DNA of 64,000 nt from Desulfuromonadaceae bacterium (GTDB lineage Bacteria > Desulfobacterota > Desulfuromonadia > Desulfuromonadales > JAHYIW01). The notes under the pieces were generated by a model. That model searched no databases. It saw nothing but the letters and a program-made list of their open reading frames with translations, and was not told the origin of the DNA. The stretch lies in contig JAHYIW010000001.1 in NCBI GenBank assembly GCA_019429445.1, positions 85,336-149,335 of the forward strand. The letters run 5' to 3'. The position numbers and the translations under genes were made by a program. Each line of letters starts with the position of its first letter. Within the stretch, counting starts at the first letter, position 1. Positions 10,987 through 21,487 of the stretch are shown here, piece after piece.

Positions 10987-12165
10987 ATGGCAAACACCGA
11001 AACTATGACTATCAATATGGGGCCGCAGCACCCGTCAACACACGGGGTTCTGCGCCTGGTTCTTGAACTGGACGGCGAAACTGTCGTTAAAGCAGTTCCG
11101 CACATCGGTTTCCTTCACCGGGGGATTGAGAAGCTGTCCGAGCATCGCACCTATCATCAGGTGCTGCCGCTGACCGATCGTCTCGACTATCTGGCGCCGA
11201 TGCATAACAATCTGGGCTATGTCCTGGCCGTTGAAAAGCTGCTGGGGATTACGGAACAGATCCCCGAACGTGCCAATGTGGTCCGCGTCATCATGGCCGA
11301 ACTGACCCGGATCAAGAGTCACCTGGTCTGGCTGGCTTGTCACGCCCTCGACATCGGTGCAATGACGGTGTTCATCTATTGCTTCCGCGAGCGGGAGCAT
11401 ATTATGGATATCTATGAGAAGCTCTCCGGAGCGCGGATGACGTCCAACTATTTTCGCGTCGGCGGACTCTCCGCCGATCTCCCCGATGGGCTGGAACAGG
11501 AAATACGTGATTTTGTCGATTCCATGCCGGGACATATCGCTACCTATGAAGGGCTGTTGACCGGGAACCGGATTTGGCAAAAACGGATTCAGGGCGTCGG
11601 TGTGATCAGTGCCGAGGATGCCATTGATCTCGGTGTCACCGGGCCGTCATTGCGCGGCTCCGGCGTTGACTGGGATCTGCGTCGCGACAACCCTTACAGC
11701 GGTTACGAAGGCTACGATTTTAATGTCATTGTGGACGATGGTTGCGACACATGGGCACGCTACCATGTGCGCCTCAAAGAGATGCGCGAATCGTGCAAGA
11801 TCATTCTGCAGGGGCTTGACAAACTGAAGCCCGGGCCGATTCTGGCCGATTGCCCGAAGATCTGTCTGCCGCCGAAAAAAGACGTGGTGAACTCCATTGA
11901 AGGGCTGATTCACCATTTCAAGATTATTAGTGAGGGATTTAAGCCGGAAGTCGGTGAAATCTATCAGGGGGTTGAAAATCCTAAGGGTGAAGTTGGTTTT
12001 TACCTGGTCTCTGACGGCAGCCCCCGCCCCTACCGGATGAAAATTCGTCCGGCCTCATTTATCAATTTGCAGGCGTTACCGAAGATGTGTGAAGGATCAT
12101 TGATCGCTGACGTTGTCGCCGTTATCGGTACGCTCGACATCGTTCTCGGCGAGATAGATCGTTAA
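10987..12165 (+). CDS. nuoD: NADH-quinone oxidoreductase subunit D
   Basis: 'GPQHPSTHGVLRL', 'DRLDY', terminal 'GEIDR'. Confidence 0.96.
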   Translation: MANTETMTINMGPQHPSTHGVLRLVLELDGETVVKAVPHIGFLHRGIEKLSEHRTYHQVLPLTDRLDYLAPMHNNLGYVLAVEKLLGITEQIPERANVVRVIMAELTRIKSHLVWLACHALDIGAMTVFIYCFREREHIMDIYEKLSGARMTSNYFRVGGLSADLPDGLEQEIRDFVDSMPGHIATYEGLLTGNRIWQKRIQGVGVISAEDAIDLGVTGPSLRGSGVDWDLRRDNPYSGYEGYDFNVIVDDGCDTWARYHVRLKEMRESCKIILQGLDKLKPGPILADCPKICLPPKKDVVNSIEGLIHHFKIISEGFKPEVGEIYQGVENPKGEVGFYLVSDGSPRPYRMKIRPASFINLQALPKMCEGSLIADVVAVIGTLDIVLGEIDR

Positions 12166-12193
12166 CCGCTGACGGAATGGAAGAGGTATCTTC

Positions 12194-12691
12194 ATGACTG
12201 AAGCCGCTGAACAAGTAAAAGAGCAGGTTGTCGATCTGACCGGTGCAAATGCGATTCTCGACAAGTACGTCGATATGCATGGTGCGTTGATGCCCGCCTT
12301 ACAGGAAATTCAGGAATTTTACGGCTATATTCCCGAACCGACCGTACATTTAACTGCTGAGCGATTGAATGTTTACTCCAGCCAGATTTACGGTGTGTTG
12401 ACGTTTTACGCCCAGTTTCATCTGCAGCCGCGAGGTAAATATATTATCCGCGTCTGTATGGGGACGGCGTGCCACGTTAAGGGCGCAGCGCGGATTGCAG
12501 ATACGGTCAAGGATCGCCTCGGCGTGGTTCATGCCGAGACCACCGAAGACCTCAAATTTACCGCAGAATACGTGGCCTGCATAGGCGCCTGTGGGATGGC
12601 ACCGGTAATCATGGTGAACGACGCGACCTACGGTTCATTGACGGTCCAGAAGGTGGACGAAGTCATTGAAAAGTATCAGGCAATGGGATAG
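12194..12691 (+). CDS. nuoE: NADH-quinone oxidoreductase subunit E (HydC-like 2Fe-2S)
   Basis: 'VCMGTACHVKG', 'CIGACGMAP'. Confidence 0.93.
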   Translation: MTEAAEQVKEQVVDLTGANAILDKYVDMHGALMPALQEIQEFYGYIPEPTVHLTAERLNVYSSQIYGVLTFYAQFHLQPRGKYIIRVCMGTACHVKGAARIADTVKDRLGVVHAETTEDLKFTAEYVACIGACGMAPVIMVNDATYGSLTVQKVDEVIEKYQAMG

Positions 12692-12737
12692 TTCAACTGT
12701 TACGAAGTAACCCAAGACGACTCGGGGATTTGTTCAT

Positions 12738-14519
12738 ATGGCCGAACAAGCTGAAAAAATCAAAGTTCTGATCTGTCAGGGTACCGGTGGCCTCGCTTCC
12801 GGTGCGGCGGCGGTTGCCGATGCCTTTGAGGCGGAATTTGCCAAGCAGGGTGTCGAAGCCAAGGTTGGCAAACGTTGCGAAGTTGTCGGCACCGGTTGCC
12901 GGGGGCTGTGCGCCAACGATGTGCTGGTTGATATTGTGATGCCGGGTGCAGAGGGCGTGACCTACGATTTTGTGACACCCGAACTTGTGCCGCAAATCGT
13001 TGCCGAGCATGTCATTGCGAATTCGCCGGTTGAAAAAAGTGTCGCAGGACCCTATTACGCCAGTTTTCTTGAAAAGCAACAGCGCATTATCTTCTCACGC
13101 TGTGGAACAATCAATGCCGAGAGTCTGGATGACTTTATTGCGCACCGCGGGTTCACCGGCATCAGAAAAGCCGTGACGATGGCCCCGTCTGAGGTCATTG
13201 AAGAAGTTAAGCGCTCCGGCCTGCGTGGTCGAGGGGGGGGTGGTTTCCCTACCGGCGTCAAATGGTCATTCTGCAAGGCTACGCCGGGTGAAGAAAAATA
13301 CCTGATTTGCAACGCCGACGAAGGGGATCCAGGCGCGTTTATGGATCGATCGGTCCTTGAAGGTGACCCCTATGGTCTGATCGAAGGGATGATGATCGGT
13401 GCCTATGCCATCGGCTGCAAATTTGCCTATGTCTATGTGCGTGCCGAGTATCCGCTGGCGATCAAACGATTGCAGATGGCGATCGATACCTGTTATGAGA
13501 AAGGCTACCTCGGCAAGAATTGCATGGGGCTTGGATTCGATCTTGATATGCGGATCAAGGCGGGTGCCGGTGCTTTCGTGTGTGGTGAAGAGACGGCGTT
13601 GATGGCTTCAATCGAAGGTCATCGTGGCATGTCCCGTCCCCGTCCACCATTCCCGGCAGTCAAGGGGTTGTGGGGTAAACCGACCAATATCAACAACGTT
13701 GAGACGTTTGCCAACGTTTCCTACATCTTTTACAACGGCGCGGACTGGTACAGCTCGATCGGCACCGAAGGGACCAAGGGAACCAAGATCTTCGCCTTGA
13801 CCGGCAAGGTTAAACATACCGGTCTGGTAGAGGTTCCGGCCGGGACGACGATGAAACAAGTTATCTATGACGTCTGCGGCGGTATTCTCAATAACCGTAA
13901 ATTCAAGGCGGTACAGGCGGGCGGTCCATCAGGTGGGTGCCTTCCGACCGAGGCGTTGGGTGCAGAGGTTGACTACGACTCCTTGATCAAAGCCGGCGCA
14001 ATGATGGGTTCCGGTGGTCTGGTTGTGATGGACGAAACCACCTGCATGGTCGATATTGCACGTTTCTTCCTCAACTTTACCCGGGCTGAATCGTGCGGAA
14101 AATGTATTCCCTGCCGGATTGGACTGAAGATCATGCTCGAAATTCTGGAGCGGATCACTCAGGGCAGAGGACGCGAGGGCGATCTTGAACTTCTTGAGGA
14201 TATGGCATACGACATCAAGAAGAGTTCACTCTGTGGTCTTGGCCAGACGGCACCGAATCCGGTTTTGTCAACATTGCGCTATTTCCGAAACGAGTATGAG
14301 ACGCACATCAGGGACAAAGAGTGTCCCTCCCATTCGTGCAGACATCTGCTTCACTTCAGGGTTGTTGAAGAGAAGTGCAAAAAGTGCGGAGTTTGCCCGA
14401 AGGTTTGTCCGGTGAATGCCATTAGATGGGAAAAGGGTCAGGCTGCGTATATCGATGCCGACAAGTGTACGGAATGTACGTCCTGTTATGACGCCTGTCG
14501 TTTCATGGCAATCGAATAA
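12738..14519 (+). CDS. nuoF: NuoF, long HydB/BfuB type with extra N-terminal and C-terminal Fe-S domains
   Basis: 'GLRGRGGGGFP', 'ADEGDPGAFMDR', 'GGPSGG', 'ESCGKCIPCR', C-terminal 2x CxxCxxCxxxC. Confidence 0.92.
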   Translation: MAEQAEKIKVLICQGTGGLASGAAAVADAFEAEFAKQGVEAKVGKRCEVVGTGCRGLCANDVLVDIVMPGAEGVTYDFVTPELVPQIVAEHVIANSPVEKSVAGPYYASFLEKQQRIIFSRCGTINAESLDDFIAHRGFTGIRKAVTMAPSEVIEEVKRSGLRGRGGGGFPTGVKWSFCKATPGEEKYLICNADEGDPGAFMDRSVLEGDPYGLIEGMMIGAYAIGCKFAYVYVRAEYPLAIKRLQMAIDTCYEKGYLGKNCMGLGFDLDMRIKAGAGAFVCGEETALMASIEGHRGMSRPRPPFPAVKGLWGKPTNINNVETFANVSYIFYNGADWYSSIGTEGTKGTKIFALTGKVKHTGLVEVPAGTTMKQVIYDVCGGILNNRKFKAVQAGGPSGGCLPTEALGAEVDYDSLIKAGAMMGSGGLVVMDETTCMVDIARFFLNFTRAESCGKCIPCRIGLKIMLEILERITQGRGREGDLELLEDMAYDIKKSSLCGLGQTAPNPVLSTLRYFRNEYETHIRDKECPSHSCRHLLHFRVVEEKCKKCGVCPKVCPVNAIRWEKGQAAYIDADKCTECTSCYDACRFMAIE

Positions 14520-14556
14520 CTTACCAAGTTACGACTGATTGAGATAAGAGGTCACA

Positions 14557-17025
14557 ATGGTCACACTTACGATTGACGGCAAGCAGGTCACGGTAGCCAG
14601 GACGGCAACGATTTACGATGCCGCCAAAGAGGCTGGCATTAACATCCCGGTGCTCTGCTACGCTAAGAAACTTTTACCTTACGGTGCTTGTCGGGTTTGT
14701 CTGGTCGAAGTTGAGCAGATGAAGGGACGCTTGATTCCTTCTTGTACAACGCCTGTCACTGAAGGCATGGTTGTTACGACCAACTCCGCCGAAATTCGCA
14801 AAGTGCGCAAGACCGTACTGGAGTTCCTGCTGGTTAATCACGTTATTGAATGCCCGGTCTGTGATAAAGCCGGTGAATGTGATTTGCAGGATCTGACCTA
14901 CGAATACGAAGTCGTCACTAATCGCTTCCAGGGTGAAAAGTTTGATCTGCCGACTGATGAGGTTAATCCGTTAATTGAACGCAACATGAATCGCTGTGTG
15001 TTGTGCGGCAAGTGTGTGCGAGTGTGTGACGAGATCGTCGGATTCGGTTCCTATTCGTTCGTCAATCGCGGTTTTGAAACAAAGATTGCAACGGCCTTTG
15101 ACCGTGGTCTTGACTGCGAGTTTTGCGGGCAGTGCGTTTCCATGTGTCCGGTCGGTGCGATCCTGCCGCGACCATTTAAATTCAAAGCCCGTCCCTGGCA
15201 GATCAAGGAAGTCAATACGGTCTGTGGATATTGTGGCAACGGCTGTACGGTGACCTTAGGTGTTAAAGCCAACAAAGTTGAAACCATTCGCTTTAACGAC
15301 AAGACCGGTGTTAACGATGGCAACCTGTGTATCCGTGGTCGTTTTGGTTATTCCTACGTGAACAGTACGGAGCGACTGACGACGCCACTGATTCGTAAAG
15401 ATGGGCAATTGGTCAAGGCAGGTTGGGACGAAGCGCTGGCTGCTGTCAGTCAGGGATTTAAGGCTGCGGGGAAGACTCTGGGAATGATCTCCGGCGCACG
15501 CTTGACGAATGAAGAATTTTATTTGTTTAAGAAAGTGGCGGCGACCGTCGGAACGGCCAACCTCGATCATTCCGGTGGAGAGTGTTACAAGGGGGTGACC
15601 GAAGGGCTTAAGCAGACACTCGGGGTGAGTGCTTCTACGGCCACTTTTCCGCAGGTTGAGAAGGCTGACGCGATTCTTGTGATTCGCTCCGATTTTTATG
15701 AAACCCATCCGGTTTTCGGTATGGTGGTCAATCAGGCGGTCAAACGCAACCATGCCAAGCTGTCGATTGTTGCGGATAAACGCGGCAAGTTTGGCAAATT
15801 GCCGGATGCCAGGTCGCTGGTTACCAAACCCGGACTGGAATTGAATGTGCTGAATGGCATTGCCCGGGTGTTGCTGGACGAGGGGCTGGCAGTGACTGAC
15901 GGTGTCGCTGGACTGGACGAACTCAAAAAAGCATTGGCCGGGTTTGCCCCTGAGCAGGTTGCGGCGGCGACCGGGGTGACCGCAGACGCTTTACAGCAGA
16001 CCGCGCGTGAACTGGCCGCAGCAAAAAACAGTGCGATCCTACTGGCCTACGGCTTGCCGTACACGGCTTACAGTAAAGAACTGGCGATCGCTGCTGCCAA
16101 TATTGCGATTTTGACAGGAAATGCCGGACGCGAGGGGAGCGGGCTGTACCTTTGCGGTGAAAAAGCCAACAGTCAGGGCGCGATTGATCTCACTGTTTTG
16201 CCCGGCGACCAGGGGCTGGGGGCTCAAGCTATGTTGGCTGCTGCGGCAGCAGGTCAGGTTCGATCCCTCTATATAGTCAATGAAGATCCGCTGGTTTCCT
16301 ACCCGGATCAAGATAAAGTCAAGGCGGCGCTTGCCGGAGCGGAATTTGTGGTCGTCCAGGATCTGTTTCTGACCGAGACCGCGAAGCAGGCCGATGTGGT
16401 TCTTCCCGCAGCGAGTTTTGCCGAGAAGGAGGGCACCTTCACCAATGCCGAACGGCGCTTGCAGCGCCTGCATCCGGGGATTACCAGCCCTGGCTTGGCA
16501 AAGACCGATCAGGCGATTTTTCAGGCACTGTTGGTGAGCCTCGGGGACAATGTTGTTTACACCGGCACCGAAGCGATCTTTGATGCGTTGAAAGTTGGCA
16601 CGGTCTATGCCGGGATCGGCTACGCCGATATCGGGTTGCAGGGTGCAGTCTGGGGCGGCGATCATTTGACGGTGTCGAAACAACTCGTACCGGTTGGGGG
16701 CGGGGTGACCGTTGATGCCCCGTTTCAGTTGGTCACCGGCAGTGCCCTGTATCATAGTGGCACAACGTCAACACACGCCTTGGGTCCGAATGCGGTGATC
16801 TCTGCCCCGTATGTTGAGTTTGGACGCGAAGATGCTGCAGCATTGCAGCTTGTCGATGGGGACATGGTTAAGGTTAAGGGCTCCGGCTGTGAACTGCAAC
16901 TTCAAGCCAAGGTGGATAACCGGTTGCCACAAGGGGTTCTGTTTGCCCCCTATCATTTTGCCAGCGCCGGGCTGAATCGCCTCTACAAGGGTGAAGCTTC
17001 AGTTGCAGTTGAAATTTCGAAATAA
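14557..17025 (+). CDS. nuoG: NuoG (molybdopterin oxidoreductase fold, FdhA-like)
   Basis: N-terminal 2Fe-2S, 'HxxxCxxCxxxxxC', 2x[4Fe-4S], 'CGYCGNGC', 'DVVLPAASFAEKEGTFTNAERR'. Confidence 0.9.
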   Translation: MVTLTIDGKQVTVARTATIYDAAKEAGINIPVLCYAKKLLPYGACRVCLVEVEQMKGRLIPSCTTPVTEGMVVTTNSAEIRKVRKTVLEFLLVNHVIECPVCDKAGECDLQDLTYEYEVVTNRFQGEKFDLPTDEVNPLIERNMNRCVLCGKCVRVCDEIVGFGSYSFVNRGFETKIATAFDRGLDCEFCGQCVSMCPVGAILPRPFKFKARPWQIKEVNTVCGYCGNGCTVTLGVKANKVETIRFNDKTGVNDGNLCIRGRFGYSYVNSTERLTTPLIRKDGQLVKAGWDEALAAVSQGFKAAGKTLGMISGARLTNEEFYLFKKVAATVGTANLDHSGGECYKGVTEGLKQTLGVSASTATFPQVEKADAILVIRSDFYETHPVFGMVVNQAVKRNHAKLSIVADKRGKFGKLPDARSLVTKPGLELNVLNGIARVLLDEGLAVTDGVAGLDELKKALAGFAPEQVAAATGVTADALQQTARELAAAKNSAILLAYGLPYTAYSKELAIAAANIAILTGNAGREGSGLYLCGEKANSQGAIDLTVLPGDQGLGAQAMLAAAAAGQVRSLYIVNEDPLVSYPDQDKVKAALAGAEFVVVQDLFLTETAKQADVVLPAASFAEKEGTFTNAERRLQRLHPGITSPGLAKTDQAIFQALLVSLGDNVVYTGTEAIFDALKVGTVYAGIGYADIGLQGAVWGGDHLTVSKQLVPVGGGVTVDAPFQLVTGSALYHSGTTSTHALGPNAVISAPYVEFGREDAAALQLVDGDMVKVKGSGCELQLQAKVDNRLPQGVLFAPYHFASAGLNRLYKGEASVAVEISK

Positions 17026-17078
17026 GAACAGAAACTGACGGTCCCGGTTAATTAAATATCCAGGAAAGAGGATTGATC

Positions 17079-18110
17079 ATGACGCCAGAAGTTGAGGTAT
17101 TGAGCCTGTCGAGTCACCCACTGCTGTTCCTTGCAGCGATGCTGGTTAAAATCGGCGTGGTCTTTGGTGTAGTCTTGTTTATTGTTGCCTACGCCACATG
17201 GGTGGAGCGGAAGGTCATCGGTCATATGCAGACGCGCCTCGGTCCGATGCGGACTTTCTGGCACGGTTTGTTACAACCGATTGCTGACGGGATGAAATTG
17301 TTTTTCAAAGAAGACATTGTTCCTTCACAGGCCGACAAGGTTTCTTACATTCTGGCGCCGATGATGATTCTGGTTCCGTCGTTGATTACCGTTGCAATCA
17401 TTCCGTTTGGAGCAGATCTGCAAATCGGTAATTATAGCATTCCGTTGCAGGTTGCCGAGTTGAATATCGGGGTGCTCTACATCCTTGCCATGGCGGGCCT
17501 CGGGGTTTACGGGACAGTCCTGGCTGGCTGGAGTTCAAACAGCAAGTACTCTTTGATCGGCGGGGTACGGGCATCGGCGCAGATGGTGTCGTACGAACTG
17601 TCTGCCGGCCTGGCTATCGTCGCGGTTTTCATGTTGTCGGAAACACTAAGCACGCGCGGTATCGTCGATGCTCAGTCGGCATCTGTCCTTCACTGGTATG
17701 TTTTCAAGCAACCGCTGGCCTTCTGCCTCTTCGTTGTTTGTGGTCTGGCGGAGATCAATCGTACTCCGTTTGATATGCCGGAAGCAGAGTCGGAGTTGGT
17801 CTCTGGATTTTGCACAGAGTATTCGTCCATGAAGTATGCACTCTTCTTCATGGCAGAATACGCCAACATGATCGTCATCTCCGCGATTGCTGCGACGCTC
17901 TTTCTTGGCGGCTGGTCCGGTCCGACCCCTTTTGGCGCGGTTAACCTGCTCGGCAAGGTTTTTGCCTTCATGTTTTTCTTTATCTGGTTACGCGCAACAT
18001 TTCCGCGGGTACGTTACGACCAGTTGATGTATCTCGGCTGGAAGATCGCCCTGCCGCTGGCGCTGGCCAATATTGTTATCACCGGATTCGTGGTGGTGCT
18101 GGTCAACTGA
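17079..18110 (+). CDS. nuoH: NADH-quinone oxidoreductase subunit H
   Basis: 'ERKVIGHMQTRLGP', 'NRTPFDMPEAESELVSG'. Confidence 0.96.
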   Translation: MTPEVEVLSLSSHPLLFLAAMLVKIGVVFGVVLFIVAYATWVERKVIGHMQTRLGPMRTFWHGLLQPIADGMKLFFKEDIVPSQADKVSYILAPMMILVPSLITVAIIPFGADLQIGNYSIPLQVAELNIGVLYILAMAGLGVYGTVLAGWSSNSKYSLIGGVRASAQMVSYELSAGLAIVAVFMLSETLSTRGIVDAQSASVLHWYVFKQPLAFCLFVVCGLAEINRTPFDMPEAESELVSGFCTEYSSMKYALFFMAEYANMIVISAIAATLFLGGWSGPTPFGAVNLLGKVFAFMFFFIWLRATFPRVRYDQLMYLGWKIALPLALANIVITGFVVVLVN

Positions 18111-18154
18111 ACCGGTAACGATTAACCGATAGACGTCATAAAGAGGATTCGCTC

Positions 18155-18550
18155 ATGTTCAAAGAATTCATTCAAGGTCTGAGCATTACGTTCAAACATC
18201 TGCTGCCGGGACATTCAACGACCGTACAATATCCCGATGAGCGGCTCACGCCCTCACCACGTTTTCGCGGGCTGCATCGACTGGTGCCGACACAGGATCG
18301 GGAGAAATGTGTTGCTTGCTACCTTTGTCCGACAGTTTGTCCGGCCAAGTGCATCACCGTCGAAGCGGCCGAGAACGAAAAGGGTGAAAAGTATCCGCAG
18401 GTGTATGAGATTGATTTGCTGCGCTGTATTTTCTGTGGCTATTGCGTCGAAGCCTGTCCGGTTGAGGCGCTGGAAATGACAGCAGAGTATGAACTCGCCA
18501 ATTTCCGCCGCGAAGATTTCAAGTTCAACAAAAAGCGCCTTCTTAAGTAA
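18155..18550 (+). CDS. nuoI: NADH-quinone oxidoreductase subunit I
   Basis: 'CVACYLCPTVCP', 'CIFCGYCVEACP'. Confidence 0.96.
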   Translation: MFKEFIQGLSITFKHLLPGHSTTVQYPDERLTPSPRFRGLHRLVPTQDREKCVACYLCPTVCPAKCITVEAAENEKGEKYPQVYEIDLLRCIFCGYCVEACPVEALEMTAEYELANFRREDFKFNKKRLLK

Positions 18551-18570
18551 GCGTATAGGAGTTCATACCC

Positions 18571-19083
18571 ATGGAATTACTCGAATTGCTCTTTTTCTAT
18601 CTGGTTGCCTTCGTGGCGGTCCTGTCCGGGGTGCTTGTCGTCAGTTGCAAGAGTCCGGTACATAGTGCGCTTGCCTTGGTCAATACGTTTTTTTGCCTGG
18701 CGGTCTTTTATGTCATGCTCTCCGCACCATTTATGGCGGCGATTCAGGTCATGGTTTACGCCGGGGCGATTATGGTGCTGATTATCTTTGTCATTATGCT
18801 CCTGAATCTGGGCGCTGACGCCCACCGCAAGTATACCCATGGCGTGGTCTGGGGAGCGATTTGTGGCATATTGACCCTGCTTGTCACCGGTTTTTTTGTC
18901 AAACGTGGCAGCATCACCGGGATGCAGGGGAACGTCACAACGGAGCTGATTCAGGATTTCGGCCACACTGAGCTGATCGGCAAGGCACTCTTTACCGATT
19001 TCCTCCTGCCGTTTGAGATCACATCAATCTTGTTGCTGGTGGCGATTGTCGGTGCCGTGATACTGGCTAAAAAAGAAGTCTGA
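18571..19083 (+). CDS. nuoJ: NADH-quinone oxidoreductase subunit J
   Basis: 'QVMVYAGAIMVL', 'LLPFE'. Confidence 0.95.
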   Translation: MELLELLFFYLVAFVAVLSGVLVVSCKSPVHSALALVNTFFCLAVFYVMLSAPFMAAIQVMVYAGAIMVLIIFVIMLLNLGADAHRKYTHGVVWGAICGILTLLVTGFFVKRGSITGMQGNVTTELIQDFGHTELIGKALFTDFLLPFEITSILLLVAIVGAVILAKKEV

Positions 19084-19111
19084 ATAAAAGAAAACGGACA
19101 GGAGACCGATA

Positions 19112-19414
19112 ATGATTACCGTATACCACTACATGGCTGTGAGCGCGATTCTCTTCTCGCTGGGAACCTTCGGTGTTCTCACCAGAAAGAATGCCATCGT
19201 GATTTTCATGTGTATCGAACTTATGCTTAATTCGGTGAATCTTACATTTATTGCGTTGTCACGACATCTCGGCAGTATGGACGGTCAGGTTTTTGTGTTC
19301 TTCATCATGACGGTTGCCGCCGCTGAAGCGGCTGTCGGTTTGGCATTGATGATATCCTTCTACCGTAATCGGGAATCGATCGACGTTGAGGATATGAACC
19401 TGCTTAAATGGTAA
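19112..19414 (+). CDS. nuoK: NADH-quinone oxidoreductase subunit K
   Basis: '[10 protein letters not shown]', '[11 protein letters not shown]'. Confidence 0.96.
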   Translation: MITVYHYMAVSAILFSLGTFGVLTRKNAIVIFMCIELMLNSVNLTFIALSRHLGSMDGQVFVFFIMTVAAAEAAVGLALMISFYRNRESIDVEDMNLLKW

Positions 19415-19467
19415 CGGCGATCAGATTGATCGAGCGGTTTAATCTAATTCGGATAGAGGAGACATAG

Positions 19468-21450
19468 ATGTACGACAAGTTGTGGCTTATTCCGTTCTTC
19501 CCGCTGGTGGGGTTCATTTTTAATGGACTTTTCGGCAAGAAGATCAAGAACGAGAAGGTGATCGGCGGGATCTCCACCGTGGCCATCGCACTCTCCTTCG
19601 TAGTTTCCTGCAAATATTTTTTCCAACTTCTCGGCGATTCCGGGAAAGTGCATGAAATTGCCCTGTTCGGCCCCTTGGGGAGTGGAACTTGGATAAATGT
19701 CGGTCAGCTGAGCATCGACTGGGGGTTCCTTCTTGATCCTCTGTCCGCGCTGATGATCATGGTCGTTACCGGGGTGGGTTCGTTGATTCACCTCTATTCT
19801 ATCGGGTACATGCACGGTGAAGAGGGATTCTATCGCTTTTTCTCTTACCTGAATCTTTTTTGTTTCTCAATGCTTATGCTCGTCTTGGGTAACAATGCGC
19901 TGGTTATGTTTATCGGCTGGGAAGGTGTGGGGCTTTGCTCCTACCTGCTGATTGGTTACTACTTTGAGAAGAAGAGCGCTAGCGATGCCGCCAAGAAAGC
20001 TTTTGTTGTCAACAGGATTGGCGATTTTGGATTTCTTCTTGGTCTTTTCCTGCTCTTCTGGACTCTCGGAAGCAAGGGCGTCTGGACAATTCAATTTACT
20101 GAAATTGCTGCAAACGCTCATTTGCTTGAATCGGGCGGCGTAATTGTAACGATCATTACATTGTGCTTTTTCCTGGGTGCTTGCGGTAAATCAGCACAAA
20201 TCCCTTTATATACCTGGTTGCCCGATGCGATGGAAGGTCCGACACCGGTTTCGGCCCTCATCCATGCCGCAACAATGGTTACAGCGGGTGTGTACATGAT
20301 CGGGCGGATGTGTGGACTCTTTGCGATGGCACCGACGACAATGATGGTCGTTGCCACCGTTGGTGCAGCGACTGCACTTTTTGCGGCGACCATCGGTTTG
20401 GCACAAAATGACATCAAGCGGGTCCTGGCTTATTCGACCGTATCCCAGCTTGGATATATGTTTTTGGCGATGGGTGTCGGTGCATTCAGCGCCGGTATCT
20501 TCCACCTGATGACTCATGCATTTTTTAAAGCTTGTCTCTTCCTCGGCTCCGGCTCAGTTATTCATGGAATGCATCATGGTTATCATCATGCGCACCTGCA
20601 TGATGATCCGCAGGATATGCGCAACATGGGTGGTCTGCGCAAGAAGATGCCAATCACTTTCATTACCTTTCTTGTCTCAACGATTGCAATTTCAGGCATT
20701 CCGTTTTTTTCCGGATTCTTTTCCAAGGATGAAATTCTCTGGTGGGCATTCGGCTCCAATCGCGGACATTGGTCGCTTTGGCTGCTTGGTGCAATCGCCG
20801 CTGGTATGACCGCTTTCTACATGTTCCGCTTGGTGTTTATGACCTTTTTCGGTGAGCAGCGTACTGACGCTCGCGCCAAAGATCATATCCCCGAGTCGCC
20901 GCTGACCATCACTCTTCCGTTGATGATCTTAGGACTCCTCGCGGTGATTGGTGGTTATGTTGGTGTTCCAGCGATTCTTGGTGGTGCCAATCATATTCAT
21001 CACTACTTTGAGCCGGTCTTTGGCGAAGCCATTAAGCTTAACAACATCACTGCGCATGGAACACACGCCACCGAGTACGCGTTAATGGCAATTTCAGTCG
21101 GTATCGCGGTCTTCGGGATTTTCCTTGCCTGGACAATGTATATTAAAAACCCGGCGCTCCCCGGCCAGTTTGTTGCGAAGTTTACAGGGATCCATCGGGT
21201 GATCTTCAATAAATGGTACGTCGATGAAATTTACGACGCATTGTTTGTCAATCCGATCAAGCGGCTTGGCACCTTTCTCTGGAAAGGGATTGATGTGCGG
21301 GTTGTTGACGGAATCGTGAACGGTGTTGGCAAACTGGTTAACGTCAGTTCGATGTTGCTGCGCTATACGCAGTCCGGTTATGTTCACAACTATGCCTTCA
21401 TGATGGTTGTCGGCATGTTGTTCATCGTTGGGTTCTACATCCTCCGCTGA
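19468..21450 (+). CDS. nuoL: NADH-quinone oxidoreductase subunit L
   Basis: 'GKSAQIPLYTWLPDAMEGPTPVSALIHAATMV'. Confidence 0.96.
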   Translation: MYDKLWLIPFFPLVGFIFNGLFGKKIKNEKVIGGISTVAIALSFVVSCKYFFQLLGDSGKVHEIALFGPLGSGTWINVGQLSIDWGFLLDPLSALMIMVVTGVGSLIHLYSIGYMHGEEGFYRFFSYLNLFCFSMLMLVLGNNALVMFIGWEGVGLCSYLLIGYYFEKKSASDAAKKAFVVNRIGDFGFLLGLFLLFWTLGSKGVWTIQFTEIAANAHLLESGGVIVTIITLCFFLGACGKSAQIPLYTWLPDAMEGPTPVSALIHAATMVTAGVYMIGRMCGLFAMAPTTMMVVATVGAATALFAATIGLAQNDIKRVLAYSTVSQLGYMFLAMGVGAFSAGIFHLMTHAFFKACLFLGSGSVIHGMHHGYHHAHLHDDPQDMRNMGGLRKKMPITFITFLVSTIAISGIPFFSGFFSKDEILWWAFGSNRGHWSLWLLGAIAAGMTAFYMFRLVFMTFFGEQRTDARAKDHIPESPLTITLPLMILGLLAVIGGYVGVPAILGGANHIHHYFEPVFGEAIKLNNITAHGTHATEYALMAISVGIAVFGIFLAWTMYIKNPALPGQFVAKFTGIHRVIFNKWYVDEIYDALFVNPIKRLGTFLWKGIDVRVVDGIVNGVGKLVNVSSMLLRYTQSGYVHNYAFMMVVGMLFIVGFYILR

Positions 21451-21487
21451 GAATACTGCACTAGTTTGATATAAGGAGCGATTTACA

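Noticed and set aside
14557-17025. Selenocysteine recoding in the FdhA-like NuoG or other redox genes
   Set aside because: The ORFs are continuous without in-frame TGA, and the equivalent position is a TGT Cys codon.
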